Positions 54,529 through 63,183 of a stretch of 64,000 bases of DNA are shown here, in pieces. The first letter of the stretch is position 1. Each line of letters opens with the position of its first letter. Location: IMG/VR virus record IMGVR_UViG_3300027777_000023, positions 32,001-96,000 of that record; one strand, written 5' to 3'. The notes beneath the pieces are model-generated. The model did no database searches and was not told the DNA's origin. It saw only the letters and a list, made by a program, of their open reading frames with translations. Source of the DNA: a virus. The position numbers and the translations under genes were made by a program.

Positions 54529-54803
54529 TGAAAACATTAAGAGACAAGATAGATGACTGGGTAGATGAATTCTATCCAGATAACACTATATTAATTGCTG
54601 ACGGATTCGAAGAAGCTTTCGTGGGCGTAGCTGTCCAATTCAATACGCCAATAGCAATATTTGACAGACAAAAGTGTATCAAAATACTTATGCAAGATAT
54701 GAGTGAAGATGAAGCGTATGAGTATTTTGAGTTCAACGTTAGTGGAGCATATGTTGGTGAAAACACACCAGCATTCATAGAGTTCTTTCCCAATGAATCT
54801 TAG
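54528..54803 (+). CDS. Phage hypothetical protein
   Basis: ADG..EA..G..EA.EY..FN..GAYVGE.TP. Confidence 0.7.
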   Translation: MKTLRDKIDDWVDEFYPDNTILIADGFEEAFVGVAVQFNTPIAIFDRQKCIKILMQDMSEDEAYEYFEFNVSGAYVGENTPAFIEFFPNES

Positions 54804-55050
54804 AATATTCTTCGTCATAGCCGAATACTCTGATAAGGTGTTCGGTGTCGTAGCTCAAAACAACACATTGCTATATTCAAAGCAGGTGCATGATCGCTAC
54901 GACTTTGCTGACGGCATCAAAGCTGTAAGATCCGTAGAGTCTGAGGAGAGTATTATACATCAAGCGTTCTGCAAAAAATATCCAGAACTAGCTAGTCAAC
55001 TGATTGATAAGCATCCAGAAATAGCAAAAACCAAACAAACAAACCAATAA
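54793..55050 (+). CDS. Hypothetical protein
   Basis: Abutting. Confidence 0.55.
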   Translation: MNLRIFFVIAEYSDKVFGVVAQNNTLLYSKQVHDRYDFADGIKAVRSVESEESIIHQAFCKKYPELASQLIDKHPEIAKTKQTNQ

Positions 55051-55054
55051 AACT

Positions 55055-55366
55055 ATGAAAAAAGTTACACTTGAGCAAGCGCACGAATTACTAGAAAATA
55101 CTTCCGCAGTTATCTGGGGAGAAGAAGGCAACCTATCATATCCTCTTGTCAATGATCTTGAAGGAGACGAAGATAATTGCTTTTTTGAATTAATCCTGGA
55201 CGATGAAGAGATGCGGTTTAATGAAGGAGATAATCAAACAGTCGTACTAGACGGATTTAGTATGGTACTTGTTGATGAGTATGGTGAAAATCAGTCAATC
55301 ACTTTGCTTGTACCTATGGACGTAGAAGATCCTTTTGTAGAAAAATTGAATGACGAAGAAGAATAA
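55055..55366 (+). CDS. Acidic hypothetical protein
   Basis: Abutting. Confidence 0.6.
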   Translation: MKKVTLEQAHELLENTSAVIWGEEGNLSYPLVNDLEGDEDNCFFELILDDEEMRFNEGDNQTVVLDGFSMVLVDEYGENQSITLLVPMDVEDPFVEKLNDEEE

Positions 55367-55445
55367 TCTTAAAGTGTCAGTATGATTTTGTTAAGGTTTT
55401 AAAAAAATACGAAGAAAAATTTCTAAAATATAGAAAGGAGTGACC

Positions 55446-56339
55446 ATGAAAAAGAATCAAATTAAAGAGCCCAATACAAATAATAAAATTATTGTTTGTC
55501 GCGGGCTCCCGTGACCGGCTAGCGGAAAATCGACATGGGCCAAAGACTTTATTGACCGTAATCCTGGGTGGTTGCGAGTCAACAAAGACGATCTCAGGGC
55601 AATGCTTCACAACAGTAAGTGGAGCAAAGATAATGAAAAGCAGGTATTGCTTGTGCGTGACAGCATGATTATCGGAGCATTGAGTAGAGGGTATGGTGTG
55701 ATTGTTGATGATACGAATTTCGCTAGTCAGCACATCACAAATATTCAACTTATTGCTGAGGATTATAAAGCAGACTTTGAGGTAAAAGACTTTGATGTCT
55801 CGCTTGAAGAATGCTTGAAGCGTAATAGTGAGCGAATGCCTAGGGTCCCGGATCGAGTGATCCTAGATATGTATAATAAATATGTGTTGCCTAACAAACC
55901 TAAAGTCAAAAATAATAAAGATCTACCACCGTGTATTGTATGTGATCTTGACGGCACGCTCGCAATTCATGTAGATCGTGGTCCGTTCGAGTTTGAGAAA
56001 TGCTACTCTGACGAGGTAAATGAGAGTGTGCTGGGCTGTATAGACGCAATGACTAAACGAGGATTCAAGCTAATCTTCGTTAGTGGACGTCCAGATAGCT
56101 GTCGAGACGAGACAGTGCGTTGGTTGAATGATAAGTGTTGGCTCGGTTCTGGATACATATTGTACATGCGAGCTACAGGCGACAACAGAAAAGATAGCAT
56201 AGTGAAGGAGGAGATTTATAAAAATGATATTCTTCCTGAATACTATGTAGAGTTTGTGCTAGACGACAGGCAACAGGTCGTCGATGCATTGCGGGAAATG
56301 GGATTACAAGTATGGCAAGTTGCACGCGGAGATTTTTAA
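55446..56339 (+). CDS. pseT: PseT-like 5' polynucleotide kinase/3' phosphatase with an in-frame TGA (55512-55514) in the P-loop; recoded or pseudogene
   Basis: AAGGAG SD then ATG 55446; RGLP*PASGKSTW, NKDDLR, DDTN; HAD domain DLDGT, SGR, DDR intact. Confidence 0.8.
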
Positions 56340-56342
56340 AAC

Positions 56343-56627
56343 ATGAATAAATTTACAACAGAACAAATTGAAAAAATTAAAGAAGTGCATACGGAAATAG
56401 CTGACTTGCAAAAAACGCAAGATAAGCTATTTGATCGACTGATAAAAGATTTAGAGTTCGAAGACTATGCTGAAGCATGGCAAAACGACGCTGATTGCTA
56501 TATATTCAAGGACGATAACCCTGCAAACTGGTTGTTTGACACAATATTCAATACTGCCTTTGACGAGCTATGTGACTCGATTAAAAGCATTGAAGAGCAT
56601 TGGGGTATGTACAATCAACGAGATTAG
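56343..56627 (+). CDS. Hypothetical protein
   Basis: Abutting. Confidence 0.6.
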   Translation: MNKFTTEQIEKIKEVHTEIADLQKTQDKLFDRLIKDLEFEDYAEAWQNDADCYIFKDDNPANWLFDTIFNTAFDELCDSIKSIEEHWGMYNQRD

Positions 56628-56635
56628 ATATGACT

Positions 56636-56671
56636 GGTTGCTGCGGTTCCTTCAATAGGGGCCGCAGCACC
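56636..56671 (+). promoter_or_regulatory. GC-rich hairpin 12 nt upstream of the Rnl1 start, no U-tract
   Basis: TGCTGCGGTTCC/GGGGCCGCAGCA. Confidence 0.45.
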
Positions 56672-56683
56672 AACAACAACCCT

Positions 56684-57772
56684 ATGAAACAATTCATGTA
56701 CTTACTCGACAATGGTTTCGTCGTGAGGGAAAGAGAGATAGGTGGTGAGATGTGCTATCTTGTATTTCCATCTTCTTTGGGTGTTAAATGGACCAAGAAT
56801 AATTTGATATACAGAAGCAGTATCTGGACCGCAGATATGAAACCTGTGTCGCTGGGGTTCAAGAAATTCTTTAATTTTGGGGAAGCGCCTGAACTTGTGA
56901 GAGACCCTCGAAGCAGCGATATCTTGCTTGGTGGATCTGTGGTAGAAAAGATCGACGGTTCTTGTCTCATTGTGAGTAGGTTTAAGGGGCAGTTAATCTG
57001 TAGGACCAGAGGCACCTTTGATGCTAGGGAAAAACCTACAGGAAATGAGTTAGACTATCTGGAAAAGAAATATCCAAAAGCTTTCCAAAACGATGACCTG
57101 GCGAGTGAGCAATGCAGTTACGTATACGAGTGGACGACTAGTGCAAATCGTATTGTTGTGGATTATGGAGAGGAGCCAAACATACGATTAATTGCTAGAA
57201 TCTCCCATGAAGACTATCGCTACTCTTATCAGACCGTCCTGGATGGGATAGCTCAGGATATTGCTGTAAGTAGGCCGTACAGGTTGCTCGCTCCTGGTGT
57301 GAGTATGATAAAGACTCAACTAGAAAAGATGCGTCTCAGTGAAGGATACTGTGTGTACTTCAACGATGATCAGGACATCAAGAAAATGAAATGCGACTGG
57401 TATCTGAAAGCTCACAGATTCAGGAGCAACTGTTCATTACCATACATACTAGATTTATTTCTAGAGCAAGATTGTCCAGATATAACCTCATTTGTCGAAG
57501 CGCTTGAAAAAGAGTATGACTTTGAATGCGCTCCTGAAGTCAGGTCGTACGCATCGTCGGTATGTAGAGCCTATGCAGATGTGCAGGTACTCATACTCAG
57601 AGTCAAAGACTTCACAGGCACACTAGACGGCAAAAACAACAGAAAAGCTGCAGCAGAGGCTATATTAGCAGAATACAAGGACTCAGGATTGACAGGGGTA
57701 GCGTTTAATTGCTTGGACGGAAGACAAACAACAAAACATCAACTCAAACAATTGATACTTCAACAACTATGA
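56684..57772 (+). CDS. rnlA: T4 Rnl1-like RNA ligase
   Basis: GFKKFFN.GE, EKIDGS, YEW, EGY..Y, K.K..WY..AH. Confidence 0.8.
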   Translation: MKQFMYLLDNGFVVREREIGGEMCYLVFPSSLGVKWTKNNLIYRSSIWTADMKPVSLGFKKFFNFGEAPELVRDPRSSDILLGGSVVEKIDGSCLIVSRFKGQLICRTRGTFDAREKPTGNELDYLEKKYPKAFQNDDLASEQCSYVYEWTTSANRIVVDYGEEPNIRLIARISHEDYRYSYQTVLDGIAQDIAVSRPYRLLAPGVSMIKTQLEKMRLSEGYCVYFNDDQDIKKMKCDWYLKAHRFRSNCSLPYILDLFLEQDCPDITSFVEALEKEYDFECAPEVRSYASSVCRAYADVQVLILRVKDFTGTLDGKNNRKAAAEAILAEYKDSGLTGVAFNCLDGRQTTKHQLKQLILQQL

Positions 57773-57936
57773 GTGTAGACGATAAATCAGCATTACTAAT
57801 CACTTTTGGTCTTTTCTCTTTAGTGATTTTGACGGTAGAAACATTAAAAGCATTTGATAAACAACATGACGAAAGAACAAATAGGGATTTACAGAGCGCT
57901 AGCAAAGCACTTCAAGATCAAGCCGGAGATCGTTAA
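57769..57936 (+). CDS. Small membrane protein
   Basis: ATGA overlap; hydrophobic N-terminus. Confidence 0.4.
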   Translation: MSVDDKSALLITFGLFSLVILTVETLKAFDKQHDERTNRDLQSASKALQDQAGDR

Positions 57937-58303
57937 AAACATTGTTGAACGTTACCTCATTGATGTGGGCGGTGAACATCCAGCAATAACAATTGAGTTG
58001 CCGTTTGGTAAGTCATTTAGAGTAGGAGCATCAAAGCATTCTGTAGTAGTGGCAGATATGCTTTTCTACAAAAAGTTTAAAAAGTCTGAGCTCTACGGAG
58101 ATGCAGTCAACTTGTTCGAGAATGAGGAGGTCGACTTTGTGGTTTTCTATTCAGGTAGTGCTCTGATGCTGGTGCAGCCTGAAACGTATTATGATGGTTA
58201 CGGTGGTGTGTTCGTGAAAGATCCTAGCGGCCATCCTTCATTTGTGATTGAGCCCGTCGCGCACCATCTCAATTATAATTATCCACAAGATCCTGTGGAT
58301 TAA
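57866..58303 (+). CDS. Hypothetical protein
   Basis: 145-aa ORF. Confidence 0.6.
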   Translation: MTKEQIGIYRALAKHFKIKPEIVKNIVERYLIDVGGEHPAITIELPFGKSFRVGASKHSVVVADMLFYKKFKKSELYGDAVNLFENEEVDFVVFYSGSALMLVQPETYYDGYGGVFVKDPSGHPSFVIEPVAHHLNYNYPQDPVD

Positions 58304-58370
58304 ATATTTGTGTGTTATTGTGGTATAATATATTGAGGCAGCGATTAACTGCTGAATCTTATTATTAACC

Positions 58371-58964
58371 ATGACAACAACAGAAAATACAACAGTGTTT
58401 TCTCAGGCAGTGATGCTTGAGTACGAGCGTAGAGTCCGTTCCGGTGAGAAGGATGTAGAAATTTTCACGCCGGAAGGACGAGGCGCTTTTGTGGCCAGTG
58501 AAGAGGAAGTCGTTACAGCCATCGACGATCTCCTAGAACTGGTTTCAGTTATCGGAGACAACTGGACGGAGGAGTGTACTTATACCGGCAAAGATCATTT
58601 GTCGGTAGATGTATATCGGGCAAAGTTGCCTGATAATTATTGTGCCAGGGTGTGCTACATCCAAATGCAGCATATACCTGAGCCTCACTTCAGGAGAGGT
58701 GAAGTTCTTCCGCAAGTGGATAAAACTGGGCAGCTGTATATGGCTGCTCCTAGGATTATGCCGGTATGGACCTCCAGGAGTATGGTTTCATACTTTGGTG
58801 GGAAGAGGTTTGAAACCTCTGAGCAAGTGATAACTGATAATTATCACTACTTAACATTCAAGATCCGTAAAGACGGTTCGTTGAAGAGTTGGGCACCTGG
58901 TGTTGATAAAGATACCGGTTTGTGCAAAACACTGAGTCAGCAATACGTGTTCGTTGGAGTTTAA
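58371..58964 (+). CDS. Hypothetical protein
   Basis: 197-aa ORF behind TGGTATAAT at 58321-58329. Confidence 0.65.
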   Translation: MTTTENTTVFSQAVMLEYERRVRSGEKDVEIFTPEGRGAFVASEEEVVTAIDDLLELVSVIGDNWTEECTYTGKDHLSVDVYRAKLPDNYCARVCYIQMQHIPEPHFRRGEVLPQVDKTGQLYMAAPRIMPVWTSRSMVSYFGGKRFETSEQVITDNYHYLTFKIRKDGSLKSWAPGVDKDTGLCKTLSQQYVFVGV

Positions 58965-58967
58965 ATT

Positions 58968-59300
58968 ATGAAAACAATACTCACTGTCGGTATAACCTCA
59001 CTAGCCGCTGCCGGTATAGTGTCCTGTGTCATAGATAATTCGACCCTACATATGGTATATGTGGGGTTGAGCACCAGCCTGCTCACAGCTACAGCTGTGG
59101 GTGGGATAATCCAACATTTTAGACAAGAATCAGTGGACTTTAGAGAGGTCTACAGAGAAAAGTATAGAATGCAGAAAGAGAAGATAAACAGCTTGGAAGA
59201 GACCGTTATACAGTTACAGAAAGAAATCTATGCCACAAAACCCACAACGCAATCCTCGCCAGAATCCAGAGTTAGCGTTGTATGGGAACAAGCAAGTTAA
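58968..59300 (+). CDS. Membrane protein with coiled-coil tail
   Basis: Two hydrophobic segments. Confidence 0.6.
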   Translation: MKTILTVGITSLAAAGIVSCVIDNSTLHMVYVGLSTSLLTATAVGGIIQHFRQESVDFREVYREKYRMQKEKINSLEETVIQLQKEIYATKPTTQSSPESRVSVVWEQAS

Positions 59301-59706
59301 AGCTTTTGTAGCTGTAGGCGCTGTTCTTGATGGACTAGCTGCAGAGTACAGCAGCAACAAAGAGTATTACAAAGACTTTATCAGATTCAATTTCTTTAAC
59401 GGGATTGAGTCTGAGAAGTCTGAGTGCAGGGTGCAGTTCTTCGATACCCCCAAACAGGAACGACCTCGACTTAGTAAACTCTATAGACAGTTCGGCAATA
59501 TAGGTAATACGGCCATATATAAAAGATTGAACGTACCGGTCACAAACGCCTCATCTCAATCTCCACTAGAGATAAAGTGGGCATTTGAGTACCATAAAAA
59601 GTACGGACATTGGAAGTACTATGGTGGCTGTTATGTTAGCGATCGAGATATACTACGACCGCTAAATGAAACTGAGGTTGAAAAGTTCCTAGAATTATTC
59701 GACTAA
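59230..59706 (+). CDS. Hypothetical protein
   Basis: 158-aa ORF ending before terminator; start uncertain. Confidence 0.55.
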   Translation: MPQNPQRNPRQNPELALYGNKQVKAFVAVGAVLDGLAAEYSSNKEYYKDFIRFNFFNGIESEKSECRVQFFDTPKQERPRLSKLYRQFGNIGNTAIYKRLNVPVTNASSQSPLEIKWAFEYHKKYGHWKYYGGCYVSDRDILRPLNETEVEKFLELFD

Positions 59707-59721
59707 GCTAAAATAAAAATT

Positions 59722-59753
59722 GGGAAGACCTTTCGGGGTTTTCCCTTTTTTTT
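59722..59753 (+). terminator. Intrinsic terminator
   Basis: GGGAAGACC/GGTTTTCCC then T8. Confidence 0.85.
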
Positions 59754-59765
59754 AGCTGTCAGTAC

Positions 59766-59774
59766 TGATATACT
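59766..59774 (+). promoter_or_regulatory. Extended -10 (TGATATACT), probable leaderless promoter
   Basis: 7 nt before ATG 59782. Confidence 0.55.
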
Positions 59775-59781
59775 GGAGCAT

Positions 59782-60078
59782 ATGAATAACCCACAAAATA
59801 AAGACGGTTTCACTCTCCCTGAGAGTTTTTTATTGCAGCTGGAAGAATATACTCGTGGGTACATTCTATTCGTTTGTAACGAAAAGGGTGAACTGTACGC
59901 TCATGAAACATTTGATAATCCTGTGATCAAACTAGGATTAACTAATTTCGCAGAGATGCATGTAAACGCCGCGCAAGAATATATGCATAATGTGGCTATC
60001 ATGGCTGAAGAGGAGCATCAGGGAGCGGACGATGGCCCTTCAGATGAGAATATAAACGAAGATGAGCCTGATTTCTAG
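59782..60078 (+). CDS. Acidic hypothetical protein
   Basis: Own promoter; converges on the endolysin. Confidence 0.6.
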   Translation: MNNPQNKDGFTLPESFLLQLEEYTRGYILFVCNEKGELYAHETFDNPVIKLGLTNFAEMHVNAAQEYMHNVAIMAEEEHQGADDGPSDENINEDEPDF

Positions 60079-60698
60079 GAGCAGCTGGCTACCAAAGAAG
60101 CTTCTGCATCTCTTCTTTCCAAGAGACCGTCAAGTCCTTTACCTTCCCAGATACGCTTCATGCTGCGTAGTTGTGCAGCAATTTTAGAATACTGCTTGTC
60201 GGGCACAAGCATCTTTATCACACGCATTTCTCTTCGTGAATCTCCTCGCATAGCTGTTCCTCTATTGAATACCAGAGACACGATGGCCCCATAGGCGTCC
60301 TCATGGAGATCCGCCAACCCAGGGAAAGCTTTCTCTGCAAGTTTTGAGAATTTCGGCCAAGTCAAAGTTTCAAATATATGCTCTGCTTGCTCCCAAGACA
60401 CTGTGATACCCGCTGCGCGCAGCTTTATAGTGTATTGCTTGCCTGCAGCGCCTGTTTTACCTGAAGCTCCCTGGATTAATTCAATTTGTTCGCTAGGTAG
60501 AAATGAAAATATTTGTGCAAGCTCTGCAGGTGTGTAATAACCACAATCGACACCAATAGCGATAGTCGGTCCACTTGCGCCTTTAGGCCATGTAAATTTA
60601 GATAGATATTTTTCATAGTATTTTTGACCGCCACCTACCTCATAATTAAGAAGGAGTGCTAATGTTTTTGCTGAAGGTTTACTCGAGTTCATAATCAT
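60075..60698 (-). CDS. Endolysin, pesticin/T4-lysozyme-like muramidase
   Basis: Catalytic E (YEVGG), SG.TI.IG.D.G, A.VSLVFNRG, GL..RR.AEA. Confidence 0.85.
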   Translation of the reverse strand: MIMNSSKPSAKTLALLLNYEVGGGQKYYEKYLSKFTWPKGASGPTIAIGVDCGYYTPAELAQIFSFLPSEQIELIQGASGKTGAAGKQYTIKLRAAGITVSWEQAEHIFETLTWPKFSKLAEKAFPGLADLHEDAYGAIVSLVFNRGTAMRGDSRREMRVIKMLVPDKQYSKIAAQLRSMKRIWEGKGLDGLLERRDAEASLVASCS

Positions 60699-61131
60699 CC
60701 TCCTTTGAATTGGTATGAATCACCGTTACTTCCTCAGTAATATTTGCGGTATAGTTTGTGTTATTGTTAACAGTTGATTCAGCTGTTGTTCCTTGTAGTG
60801 ATGCACTAGAGCTGCTGTTGTACTTCAAGTCTACCAATGCCTGTCCGCCAAGATAGCAAGCCATGATGGTGGCAAAGACCTCCATAGTCTTGGTGAACAT
60901 TGTGGTGTATGAAGATATTGCAGTAGGACTCTCAACCATAAGAAACAAAGCAGCAACACTTCCAACGTAGAAGATCGCGAGAATAACAAAACCAGATATA
61001 GCCAAGAAGAATTTCTTGGAAGCAAGATGGTTTGTACTGGCTAGTTGTTCAACTTGCTCAGGAGGTGTGTTGGGAGGAGCCACACCCTGCTGCAGGAAAG
61101 ATGCTGCGGTTTTTAGGACATTAGTTAACAT
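60679..61131 (-). CDS. Holin-like two-TM protein
   Basis: SKKFFLA..TM..YLGGQALVD; adjacent to endolysin. Confidence 0.55.
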   Translation of the reverse strand: MLTNVLKTAASFLQQGVAPPNTPPEQVEQLASTNHLASKKFFLAISGFVILAIFYVGSVAALFLMVESPTAISSYTTMFTKTMEVFATIMACYLGGQALVDLKYNSSSSASLQGTTAESTVNNNTNYTANITEEVTVIHTNSKEDDYELE

Positions 61132-61136
61132 AGAAT

Positions 61137-61658
61137 TTAAAATAGTAGATATACTGCTAAATATCCTACACCAAAAGCGCCGGCAGGTCCAGCTACCGTA
61201 ATCAATGGCGCCCAGGCACCCACAACCACAGACAAGGAAGAAACCAGAGTCACGCCAAACCTAAAGTATAAAAGGACCATTGCAACTCCGACAAAATAAC
61301 AAGCAAGTGATTTAAGTCTGTAATACTTTTTTAAATCTGCCGCTGCCTTGGCTTTTAATTGAGTTATCTTTTCAGCTAAACCTGCAACTTGCTCTCTGGT
61401 GGCTAAAGTTTCATGATAATAGCTATCTTTCTGACTTTGCTGCTCTAGTCCCCAGGCTTCCATATTCCGCAGGCTAACCTCAATAGTTACACGGTCGTCT
61501 CTGAGATTGTTTGCGGTTTTATCTGCGTCTGAAATGTCTTTTCTAAGTGCAGTAATTTCAACTTTAAGTTTTTGTTTGATGGTTGCATTCAAGTTCTCAC
61601 CAAATGCAGACGCAGCAAACAAAAACACCAGTAGAAAAGAAGTGAAGTAGTGTTTCAT
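61137..61658 (-). CDS. Signal/TM, coiled coil, C-terminal TMs; spanin-like or lysis accessory protein
   Basis: Hydrophobic N-terminus, heptad region, hydrophobic C-terminus. Confidence 0.45.
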   Translation of the reverse strand: MKHYFTSFLLVFLFAASAFGENLNATIKQKLKVEITALRKDISDADKTANNLRDDRVTIEVSLRNMEAWGLEQQSQKDSYYHETLATREQVAGLAEKITQLKAKAAADLKKYYRLKSLACYFVGVAMVLLYFRFGVTLVSSLSVVVGAWAPLITVAGPAGAFGVGYLAVYLLF

Positions 61659-61873
61659 TACGGTGTTGTGGATAAGCTATCGACAAGAATTTCAATTCTT
61701 TCGATTCTTGTCGCTGCTGCTTTTAAAGATTTTTCAATACTTGAGATATTAGCTCCCAGCGAACCTGTATTTATAGTCGGAGGTTTTGAGGTCGATGGTG
61801 GAGGCAATGGCGGTCTAGATGTAGCGCAGCCAATCAACACTAAAAATAAAGACAAAACAGCGAGCTTACTCAT
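61658..61873 (-). CDS. Small lipoprotein, o-spanin-like
   Basis: Lipobox LIGC and Pro-rich PPLPPPSTSKPP. Confidence 0.6.
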   Translation of the reverse strand: MSKLAVLSLFLVLIGCATSRPPLPPPSTSKPPTINTGSLGANISSIEKSLKAAATRIERIEILVDSLSTTP

Positions 61874-61875
61874 AA

Positions 61876-62232
61876 TTACATTTGATCAAGCTGTGCCTGC
61901 ACTTTTTGAATTCGTTCTAATAGCAGATTTATAGTTTGCTCAGAACGTTTATCTATAGCCAAATCTTCTTCAAGACGCGCACTATCTTTTATCTGCTGGC
62001 GGTTGGCTGCCATAAGAATGAATGGAGCCTGAAGAGCGGCCACACAAGAAAGAACAAGATTAAGTAGGATATATGGATATGGGTCTACAGGAGCAAGCAA
62101 ACCCCAAGTATTAACAGCAATCCAAACAACTATAATAGAAACACACACAATGATAGCCCACCAACTACCACCAAATTTAGCTATGCGATCAGCTAGCTTG
62201 TCTCCGAATGATAGGTTTTCGTCAGGACTCAT
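61876..62232 (-). CDS. DUF1003-family membrane protein
   Basis: GDKLAD.IA.FGGSW, DPYPYILLNLVLS..AA.QAP.I.M..NRQ; ATG 62232 preferred. Confidence 0.85.
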   Translation of the reverse strand: MSPDENLSFGDKLADRIAKFGGSWWAIIVCVSIIVVWIAVNTWGLLAPVDPYPYILLNLVLSCVAALQAPFILMAANRQQIKDSARLEEDLAIDKRSEQTINLLLERIQKVQAQLDQM

Positions 62233-62236
62233 AAAA

Positions 62237-62782
62237 TTATTTGGTTGGAAAAGATTTCGCCGGTTCGTATCGTTGTTGCTGTTTATCAATATACATAAGA
62301 ACTCTATTCAAATCATCCCGCAGAGCATCTTGTTTACTATGCATTGCACTCACAAACCAGATGGCTCCCATAAGCTGAATAAAGATAGCCAAGGCAGTGC
62401 TTGTAAACAATCTTGTGAATAGCTGCTTCGTTGAGTTGTAACTATGCGCTGCTTGTCTTAAAAAGTCTAGATCTCTTGATATTGCCGAGAAATCTGCCTT
62501 TACAGCCTCTATCGTACCCCGCAACCCATTTCTACCGTCAACCCCAATACTGATATGCATTGCGTCTGTCACCTTTTCACGAGTTTCTTTAACAACACGG
62601 TCTAGTGCCTCATGCTGGGTTTTCCCTACCTCCACTATAGAGTCCATTCTCAATTTAAGATTAGTTAATTCTAAATCTAAAAGCCTTTTATACATATCTA
62701 AGTCAGCTTTTAAACAAATTAATTTGTGCTGCTCAGATATATTAGAATCTTCCGGGCTTGTTAAATTGTCGTCTTCCAACAT
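62237..62782 (-). CDS. Coiled-coil protein with one C-proximal TM (holin/XhlA-like)
   Basis: G.DG.NG motif, TM LAIFIQLMGAIWFV. Confidence 0.5.
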   Translation of the reverse strand: MLEDDNLTSPEDSNISEQHKLICLKADLDMYKRLLDLELTNLKLRMDSIVEVGKTQHEALDRVVKETREKVTDAMHISIGVDGRNGLRGTIEAVKADFSAISRDLDFLRQAAHSYNSTKQLFTRLFTSTALAIFIQLMGAIWFVSAMHSKQDALRDDLNRVLMYIDKQQQRYEPAKSFPTK

Positions 62783-62825
62783 AAGTCAAAGTGAGAATGG
62801 TTACTCTAGAGTATAAACTAACGGA

Positions 62826-63182
62826 CTATGATTGTCGCTTAATAATATCTATTTTTTGCTCCGGCTCACTGAGCTCTTCATCAGACACATAATAATTTAA
62901 CTCTCTAGCGTCGTATGTGGCTTCCTCTTGCTTGTCCAGAGGTTCTACCTGCTTTTTGCTGCCCTTGAACACAGAGCGTACAGAATCGTTATAGACCTTA
63001 TCAACGATCAATAACTCGCTCGTGCCTACTTCACCAAGATATATCCCTTTTCTGGGTACAGGAAGAGCATGCTCCACACAAGTCCATCGACTTTCAGGAA
63101 CACCCAGTGAAGCTAAGGCTTCTACGCGTTCCTGGGGAATTACTTTACCACTAACGATACATTTATAGATTTTATTAGTCAT
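62826..63182 (-). CDS. DksA/TraR-like degenerate Zn-finger protein
   Basis: C..SG..IP.ER.EAL....C..H. Confidence 0.55.
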   Translation of the reverse strand: MTNKIYKCIVSGKVIPQERVEALASLGVPESRWTCVEHALPVPRKGIYLGEVGTSELLIVDKVYNDSVRSVFKGSKKQVEPLDKQEEATYDARELNYYVSDEELSEPEQKIDIIKRQS

Positions 63183-63183
63183 T

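Noticed and set aside
55367-55443. Start-less frame RRRIILKCQYDFVKVLKKYEEKFLKYRKE* upstream of pseT
   Set aside because: Too short to assign; may be a gene remnant, but there is no supporting motif.
55512-55514. Genome-wide UGA reassignment as explanation of the pseT stop
   Set aside because: All long conserved genes are intact in code 11, many end in TGA with ATGA overlaps, and read-through would still leave a 2-aa insertion in Walker A.
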